From Patescibacteria group bacterium (GTDB taxonomy: Bacteria; Patescibacteriota; Minisyncoccia; UBA6257; 02-FULL-45-10c): a DNA stretch of 64,000 nucleotides. Each line of letters opens with the position of its first letter. Position 1 is the first letter of the stretch. The notes under the pieces are model-generated. The model was not told where the DNA came from, searched no databases, and saw only the letters and a program-made list of their open reading frames with translations. Made by a program: the position numbers and the translations under genes. Below, one piece after another: positions 58,159 through 64,000 of the stretch. The DNA lies in the NCBI GenBank assembly GCA_018969615.1, contig JAGWYA010000001.1, forward strand, positions 54,567 through 118,566, in the 5' to 3' direction.

Positions 58159-58168
58159 ACCGTTCTAT

Positions 58169-58972
58169 CTAGAGACGGTGGATCGCGCTCTTGCCGAGAT
58201 GCTTTTCCGCCGCAAGGATGATCTTTTCCATCTGAATGACCGTCTGTACGGGATATTTTCCGACGGCGCTTTCTTCCGACAGCATGACCGCGTCAGAACC
58301 GAGTGAGATCGCATAGGCGACGTCGGTCGCCTCCGCCCGGGTAGGGGAGGGATTATTCACCATGGAAAGCATCATCTGGGTGGCCGTGATCACCGGCTTT
58401 TTTGCCTTCTTCGCCGCGTGAATAATGCTCTTCTCAATAAACGGTATCTCGCCGAGCGGCACTTCGTTCGCCAGGTCGCCCCGGGCGATCATGATCGCAT
58501 CAGCCGCCTTCATGATCTCGGGAAGGCGGTCAACGGCGACCTTGCGCTCGATCTTTGCAATTATCGGCTTCACCGACCCCAATTGGCGCATAATAGAGCG
58601 CAAATGGAGGATATCCGCCGCACTGCCGACATAGGACATCGCGACATATTCAACGTCATGGAACAAACCGAACTCGAGGTCCCGGACGTCCTTTTCCGTA
58701 ATACTCGAATGCACGTATTTCGCCACATGATGGCCGCTCGTTCCTCCTTTTACGCGGGGACCTGAAAGGTCCTGAATGATCGGGATCTTCCGCCGCGCAC
58801 GACGCGCTTCGGTTCTGATCATATGGATAAAGCGTTCATGCTGCTCGTAAGAGCCGTGAGAAAAATTAAGCCGTATGACATCCGCCTGGTGGGCGATCAT
58901 GCGGCGAAGCACCGCCGGCTTGCCGCTGGCGGGTCCGATCGTTGCAACGATCTGTGCGCGGGAGATCTTCAT
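58169..58972 (-). CDS. pyk: pyruvate kinase, catalytic A domain only (267 aa)
   Basis: IVATIGPAS, MIARGDLANEVP, TQMMLSMV motifs; lacks B and C domains. Confidence 0.7.
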   Translation of the reverse strand: MKISRAQIVATIGPASGKPAVLRRMIAHQADVIRLNFSHGSYEQHERFIHMIRTEARRARRKIPIIQDLSGPRVKGGTSGHHVAKYVHSSITEKDVRDLEFGLFHDVEYVAMSYVGSAADILHLRSIMRQLGSVKPIIAKIERKVAVDRLPEIMKAADAIMIARGDLANEVPLGEIPFIEKSIIHAAKKAKKPVITATQMMLSMVNNPSPTRAEATDVAYAISLGSDAVMLSEESAVGKYPVQTVIQMEKIILAAEKHLGKSAIHRL

Positions 58973-60198
58973 GAGGTGATACGCCAGAGGCGGTTATATT
59001 TCGCAAGCCGTTCGCCGCGATTCGGCGCACCGGCCTTGAGCCCGAAAGCTCCGAATGCATAGGCAAGATCGGCGATAAAATCGTCGTTCGTTTCTCCGCT
59101 GCGGTGACTGACCACGCAGGCGATCCGCGCGGCATCCGCCAGCTTCATAACTTCTAACGTCTCGCTTAACGTACCGATCTGGTTCGGTTTAATGATGATC
59201 CCATTGATGCTTCCGTGTTCCAGCGCTTGCTCCAAGCGGCCGGGATTCGTCACGGTCAGGTCATCGCCGATCACTTTGATCCCGCGATGCGCCGCATGCA
59301 GGCGCGCGAATCCTTCAAAATCCTCCTCATCGAACGGATCTTCAATGGAGATCAGGGGATATTTTTTAATCAGCGCTCCGTACAGCTTCAGCAGGTCATT
59401 TTGGGCCATGCGCTTTCCGTCAACGTCATATTTGCCGTTCCGATAGAACGATGAGGCGGCCGAATCGATCGCCAGCATGACCTTGCCCTTCAAATGCAAT
59501 TTTGCGAGGACATTCGTCAGGATCTCCAGCGGTTCAGCGACCTTCCGCGCCTGGATCACGAACCCTCCTTCATCGCCATAGTTAGCCGAAAAAGGGGAGT
59601 AGCGTTTTTTAACCTGCGCCCTCAGCTCAGCGCGAATTTTGTCGGCAACGATCAGGCCTTCTTCGACCGTATCCGTCAGCGAAACGATCATATATTCCTG
59701 AAAGGCGAGATAGCTTGAGGCATGCTTGCCGGCATTGATCACATTCATAAAAAGCCGCGGCGCCTGCGGCTTTGTTTTCAGCATACGGGACAGATAGCCA
59801 TGCATCGACAGGCCTTCCGCTGCAGCGGCGGCCTTTGCGGAGGCGATACTGACCCCCAAAAGCGCATTCGCACCCAAACGGCGCTTATTCGGCGTTCCGT
59901 CGGCGGCACAAAGCAAAGCGTCCAGTTCTTTCTGTTGGCGGACATCCTTTCCCTTCACCTTTCTTGCTAATACCGTCCGAACGCCGGCAACGGCCTTCTT
60001 CACTCCTAAGCCGCGGAAGCGTTTCTGGTCACCGTCGCGTTTTTCCCAAGCCTCATGAATCCCGGTACTTGCCCCCGAAGGGACTGAAAAGGTTCCTGAT
60101 GCGGCATCAGTAGAGACCGTCACTGAAAGGGTAGGGTTTCCCCGGGAATCGAGGATCTCCTCTGCGCTCACGCCGGTAATGCTAAAACGAGACTTCAT
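58969..60198 (-). CDS. eno: enolase
   Basis: ILDSRGNPT, metal-binding D/E/D, SHRSGETED motifs; 4-bp overlap with pyk. Confidence 0.9.
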   Translation of the reverse strand: MKSRFSITGVSAEEILDSRGNPTLSVTVSTDAASGTFSVPSGASTGIHEAWEKRDGDQKRFRGLGVKKAVAGVRTVLARKVKGKDVRQQKELDALLCAADGTPNKRRLGANALLGVSIASAKAAAAAEGLSMHGYLSRMLKTKPQAPRLFMNVINAGKHASSYLAFQEYMIVSLTDTVEEGLIVADKIRAELRAQVKKRYSPFSANYGDEGGFVIQARKVAEPLEILTNVLAKLHLKGKVMLAIDSAASSFYRNGKYDVDGKRMAQNDLLKLYGALIKKYPLISIEDPFDEEDFEGFARLHAAHRGIKVIGDDLTVTNPGRLEQALEHGSINGIIIKPNQIGTLSETLEVMKLADAARIACVVSHRSGETNDDFIADLAYAFGAFGLKAGAPNRGERLAKYNRLWRITS

Positions 60199-60261
60199 AC
60201 GCTTATAGTATAGCGTATTTTCTCTCTGCTGGCGAAAAATAAAAACAGCCCCGAAGGGCTG

Positions 60262-61239
60262 TTAGAGCGCAATGATGATCTTCTTCCGGTCCATGGAAAG
60301 ACCGAGTGCGATCATGATGCACGCCTGGATCAGAGCGACTACCGGAAGCAGGATAAGCGGAACGGATGATCCGACCGCGCTGGTTGCGAGCTTGTTCAGA
60401 ATGCCCGACACCATATAGAGTACCAGCGCGTTCTTACCCAAGCTGTTCAGCAGCGCGACCGGGCGGACAGCGAAACCTTCTTTCAGTGAGAACAGAAAAA
60501 AGAACGCGAAGCATCCCGCCAAACTGACGAGGATATAGGACGAGCTGACGGAATACTTGCTGACCACCGCAAAATGCAGCGCATCCCAGGCAAGGACCGC
60601 GATCGCCGCAGCCGTTACCAGTACGCGCAGCACGTAGCGTGCCGGCGCGCAGGTTGAGCGCCAATCACAGACCGCCGAAGCGATCAAGACGATCGACATC
60701 CATGAAAGCACCGCGCATGGTCCGCCCATGTCGTAATGAACGCCGAGCGAACTTGCCAGATGCGGGAACCCAAGGATGTTCTGCCACACCACCAGCGATC
60801 CGATCCCGGCCAGGATCCGATAGATCGGCTTCCAGTCCAGCATCGGAAACGCCGCGATACAGCACAAGCCGATCATTTCAAGCGTTCCCCAGTTAAAGAC
60901 CGGATGTCCGGGGCCGGCGATCAGACAATCACCGACGGCGCCGAACGCGATCAGGGTCACGCCGCGGCGGATCGCATGGATCGCAGCAGCCGTACGTCCG
61001 TCCCGCTCCCTGCGCTTCCGCAAAGAGAGGGGATAGGCGAGTCCGACCGCAAAAAGAAACAGCGGGGCGATCAGATCGGCGATATGATAATGGCCTGCCG
61101 GAGCATGGTCGAGCCATCCCGGCGTCAAAGTAAATCCGTAAAATCCGTTGAAAATGATCAAGAGCAGCACGGCAAAACCCCGGAACTCATCCAAGGCGGC
61201 CCAGCGGCTCTGCTTCATCGTCATGGTATCCTCATTCAA
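60262..61239 (-). CDS. DUF1624/HGSNAT-like membrane protein
   Basis: ALDEFRGFAVLLLI N-terminal motif, ~9 TM. Confidence 0.5.
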   Translation of the reverse strand: MNEDTMTMKQSRWAALDEFRGFAVLLLIIFNGFYGFTLTPGWLDHAPAGHYHIADLIAPLFLFAVGLAYPLSLRKRRERDGRTAAAIHAIRRGVTLIAFGAVGDCLIAGPGHPVFNWGTLEMIGLCCIAAFPMLDWKPIYRILAGIGSLVVWQNILGFPHLASSLGVHYDMGGPCAVLSWMSIVLIASAVCDWRSTCAPARYVLRVLVTAAAIAVLAWDALHFAVVSKYSVSSSYILVSLAGCFAFFFLFSLKEGFAVRPVALLNSLGKNALVLYMVSGILNKLATSAVGSSVPLILLPVVALIQACIMIALGLSMDRKKIIIAL

Positions 61240-61333
61240 ATTCTAACGAGCTGCTTTTATGGTACGCGCACGGGAACTCCCTGTCAAAGCCGCCGCCGAT
61301 GAGGCATCGCCGGACGGGGAAGGCCGTTCCTTT

Positions 61334-61383
61334 GTACCTACTATATGTCGCACAATATACCTTTTGCGACATATATCAGGTAC
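61334..61383. promoter_or_regulatory. 19-bp-arm inverted repeat (candidate operator)
   Basis: GTACCTACTATATGTCGCA-N12-TGCGACATATATCAGGTAC, 17/19 complementary, between two minus-strand genes. Confidence 0.45.
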
Positions 61384-61420
61384 AAAAAAGGACCTCTTAA
61401 AAGCCCCCTTTAAATACCCC

Positions 61421-61678
61421 TTAATGCATCCGCTGGACAATCTGCTGCAATAACGTCACTAAGAAATTCGCTGAAACGATAAGAATATTAGTGATCGCAA
61501 CCACAAACGCTTTGATACTGATACCATAATGGACGCCGATCCACGCATCGATCCCGATGCCCCAATTCAGCAGATTTTGCAAAAGCTTCACCAGGTCGGC
61601 CCCGTTCTGCGGCATATAGGCCGCCAGGGTCTTTGCAGCCCCATTGAACAGATCGAACAGGTGCAATAACTGGTCCAT
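61421..61678 (-). CDS. small membrane protein (85 aa)
   Basis: Hydrophobic C-terminal half; hypothetical. Confidence 0.4.
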   Translation of the reverse strand: MDQLLHLFDLFNGAAKTLAAYMPQNGADLVKLLQNLLNWGIGIDAWIGVHYGISIKAFVVAITNILIVSANFLVTLLQQIVQRMH

Positions 61679-61695
61679 ACGGCCAGTATACCATA

Positions 61696-62658
61696 CTACA
61701 ACACCTTTTTCACGCGTTTATAGGCCTTATAAAACAGGTACTTCAACTGGTGCACTACAACGACCTTACCGGGCGCTAAAACGGCCTCTGTGCCTCCGAA
61801 TGAGCGCTTAAAAGCGGTAACTCCCGGCCACTTAGTATCATCGATACCCCAAAAATCAAAAACTTTAACGCCGCGGCGATGCGCCTCTTCAAAAATAGCC
61901 CAGATCAAAAGATCAGGAGCTCGCAGCTGCTTCTGACCGCCATCGCTTCCGGCATGCAGATAAAAAACCGTTTGCCCCCACCAGACCACTTGAGCCGCGG
62001 CGACCGGAGCCCCTTCATGAAATGCCACAAAGATCTCCGACGGAAGCGCCGCAAGAATATGCGCATAATGCTCGGACTCAAAGATCCCGAAATGCTGGCG
62101 AGAAGCCGTTCTTTTGATCAGACCCGAAAACGCATCAAGAAATTCCTGAGATCTTCCGTGGGTGATCGTAACGCCGTTCTTCAGCGCATAGCCGATGCCC
62201 TGCCGGCGCGTTTTCACCATATCCCTGCGGATATCGTCAAGGTCACGTGAAGTATCAATGTGCAATGTTTTCGGCGGCTGAAGGTTCCATCCCGCCGGAA
62301 GCGATGCGAGGTCAAGTAATTTCAGCGGTTCGATCAAAACGAACATGCTTGCCGGATCGATCGTCCGCGCGAAATCAACAAAACGCCGCTGTCCGGCGCT
62401 ATCGAGCGCGTAACCGCTCTGAAAAACCGGTCCGTGCGGGATATATAAATAGTTCCCGATACGTGTCCGCTGAATGCGGGCTTGGAACGCCGCACGGCGC
62501 TCCCCTCCTTCACTAACCCAGAAACGCCACACCCGGGAGCCTTCGTGCTTTTGCAGATCACCCCATTCCCATGACTGTAAAAAATCTCCGCCGTTCGCGG
62601 CAACGAATGCGTTCCATCCCTCGCGATCCGTATGTTCTTGAGTGAAAATAAGGTTCAT
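61696..62658 (-). CDS. FemAB-family peptidoglycan aminoacyltransferase
   Basis: FemABX fold pattern (WEWGDLQK...VAAAQVVWWGQTVFYLHAGSD). Confidence 0.8.
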   Translation of the reverse strand: MNLIFTQEHTDREGWNAFVAANGGDFLQSWEWGDLQKHEGSRVWRFWVSEGGERRAAFQARIQRTRIGNYLYIPHGPVFQSGYALDSAGQRRFVDFARTIDPASMFVLIEPLKLLDLASLPAGWNLQPPKTLHIDTSRDLDDIRRDMVKTRRQGIGYALKNGVTITHGRSQEFLDAFSGLIKRTASRQHFGIFESEHYAHILAALPSEIFVAFHEGAPVAAAQVVWWGQTVFYLHAGSDGGQKQLRAPDLLIWAIFEEAHRRGVKVFDFWGIDDTKWPGVTAFKRSFGGTEAVLAPGKVVVVHQLKYLFYKAYKRVKKVL

Positions 62659-62697
62659 TCTATACCGAACTCCATGCCGCCGTCCCGGCGAACGCGG

Positions 62698-64000
62698 TTA
62701 TGCAGCCGAAGACGGCCCGTTTAATTTTTCGATCCCTTCGGCGATCCTGCGAAGCGATTCATCCTTCCCGACAATGCCCATGACCTCAAACGGACCCGGC
62801 GAGCGCTCTTGCCCGGTCAAAGCGACCCGAAGCGGCCACAACACCGCGGCGCGGCCCTCATTGTTCGCATACGGCATCAGCATTGCTTCCAAGTTCTCCT
62901 GGGTGAATTCATGCACTAAGACGCCGCGGATGATCTCCTGGCATTTTGAGAGATGGACCGCCGCCGCTTCACGCGTACTTTTCTTTCCGACAAGCAGCGC
63001 GCCGTCATAAGTATGCGGCAAGAAGGAATCGCGCAACGCTTCGTAATCGCTCAATCGCTCCATACGCATCTTTCCGATCTCCAAAAGGCGCACGGTCGTA
63101 GGCGCATCATGAAAAACGACCTTCTCTTCGCCATATAATGCGATCAGCATCGCAAACAGGTCCGCGCCGGTCTTTTCTTTGATGTATTCGGCGTTCAGCC
63201 AGTTCAGCTTTTGCACGTCGAAGACCGCCCCGCCTTTTTGCACCCGGTTGATATCGAACTTCTCAATGATCTCGGCGGCCGGCATCTTCTCCTTGTCATC
63301 AAGCGGATGCCACCCGAGCAGCGCAATGAAGTTCACTAACGCAGCGGGAAGATAGCCCTGCATGCGGTATTCGTTCAGCGAGGTCGCCGCATGGCGCTTG
63401 GACATCTTACTGCGGTCTGTGCCCAGGATCAGCGGCAAATGCGCATAGACCGGCGGCGTAAATCCGAGCGCGCGGGCGATCAGGATCTGCTTCGGCGTGT
63501 TCGCGATATGGTCCTCGCCGCGGATCACATGGCTCATCCGCATCTCATGGTCATCCACGACCACGGCAAAATTATACAGCGGCGTCCGCAAGTTCTTTGC
63601 GATCGCAAGATCCCCGATCAGACCCGTCTCAAACGAGATCGTTCCGCGGATCATATCATCGAACGATATGGTCTCATGCTCAGGGACCCGGAACCGGATC
63701 ACCTGTCCCCTCTCTGCGGGAACGTTCTTATCTCGGCAGGTTCCCGGATAGATCGGCGCCTTTCCTTCCTGCTGCTGCGCCTGCCGGTCCTGATCCAATT
63801 TTTCTTTGGTGCATTCGCAGTAATATGCCAGCCCTTTATCTAACAGCTCGCGGAGAGAACGTTCATAGATATCCAGGCGCTCGCTTTGGCGATACGGCCC
63901 CTCATCCCACTGGAGGCCGAGCCACCGGAGCCCTTCGATGATGTCGTCCTCGAACCGTTTTTCCGATCGCTCAAGGTCGGTATCTTCGATGCGGAAAATA
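62698..64000 (-). CDS. gltX: glutamate--tRNA ligase, 3' partial (N-terminus beyond the window end)
   Basis: KMSKR (KMSKS) motif; reading frame stays open upstream of the track start through YYCECTKEK (Zn-site) and IRIEDTDLERS to position 64000. Confidence 0.85.
   Translation of the reverse strand, partial: IFRIEDTDLERSEKRFEDDIIEGLRWLGLQWDEGPYRQSERLDIYERSLRELLDKGLAYYCECTKEKLDQDRQAQQQEGKAPIYPGTCRDKNVPAERGQVIRFRVPEHETISFDDMIRGTISFETGLIGDLAIAKNLRTPLYNFAVVVDDHEMRMSHVIRGEDHIANTPKQILIARALGFTPPVYAHLPLILGTDRSKMSKRHAATSLNEYRMQGYLPAALVNFIALLGWHPLDDKEKMPAAEIIEKFDINRVQKGGAVFDVQKLNWLNAEYIKEKTGADLFAMLIALYGEEKVVFHDAPTTVRLLEIGKMRMERLSDYEALRDSFLPHTYDGALLVGKKSTREAAAVHLSKCQEIIRGVLVHEFTQENLEAMLMPYANNEGRAAVLWPLRVALTGQERSPGPFEVMGIVGKDESLRRIAEGIEKLNGPSSAA

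Noticed and set aside
1-64000. CRISPR arrays, rRNA genes, transposases or integrases
   Set aside because: No short regularly spaced direct repeats, no rRNA signature blocks, and no transposase or tyrosine/serine-recombinase-like ORFs were seen. The tRNA-Gln islet therefore lacks an identifiable mobilisation gene in this window.

Overview
This 64-kb window is a gene-dense bacterial chromosome segment of roughly 55-58% GC. Gene content suggests a reduced-genome, possibly Patescibacteria/CPR-like organism, though this is inference. Supporting points are a short dnaX, a pyruvate kinase of 267 aa with only the catalytic A domain and lacking the usual B and C domains, a 338-aa pgk, FemAB, MraY, two DUF5667-like secreted paralogues, and many leaderless genes. 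Most of the window is housekeeping: an ECF sigma/anti-sigma pair, envelope glycosyltransferases, mltG, bcp, an ABC-F ATPase, a DEAD-box helicase, LOG, a glycerate kinase + 2-hydroxyacid dehydrogenase + typA block, dnaX, scpAB, dacA-mraY, pgk, nrnA-like, rnhA, obg, rluB-like, greA, fmt-def, thpR, ctpA, a CsoR-CopA copper module with VKOR/DoxX/SHOCT/SIMPL, tgt-queA, pyk-eno, femAB and gltX. Three stretches stand out as accessory or unusual. (1) 24.2-28.4 kb holds RNase P RNA (rnpB), several very small membrane or zinc-ribbon proteins, and an AT-rich thioredoxin cassette. It also holds a ~560-nt GC-rich ORF-free stretch (26086-26650) with duplicated hairpin modules and intrinsic terminators, read here as a candidate undescribed structured RNA or leader. 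(2) 32987-33361 is a gene with near-100% GC3, clearly foreign to the host codon usage. (3) 36.1-39.1 kb lies downstream of tRNA-Gln(CUG). It contains an exact 17-nt duplicate of the tRNA 3' end plus further degenerate copies that bracket hypothetical genes of mixed GC, the signature of serial integration of mobile DNA that has since decayed. A window-wide promoter style is also visible: an extended -10 (TGGTATACT-like) sits 6-12 nt upstream of the start codon, so many transcripts look leaderless.
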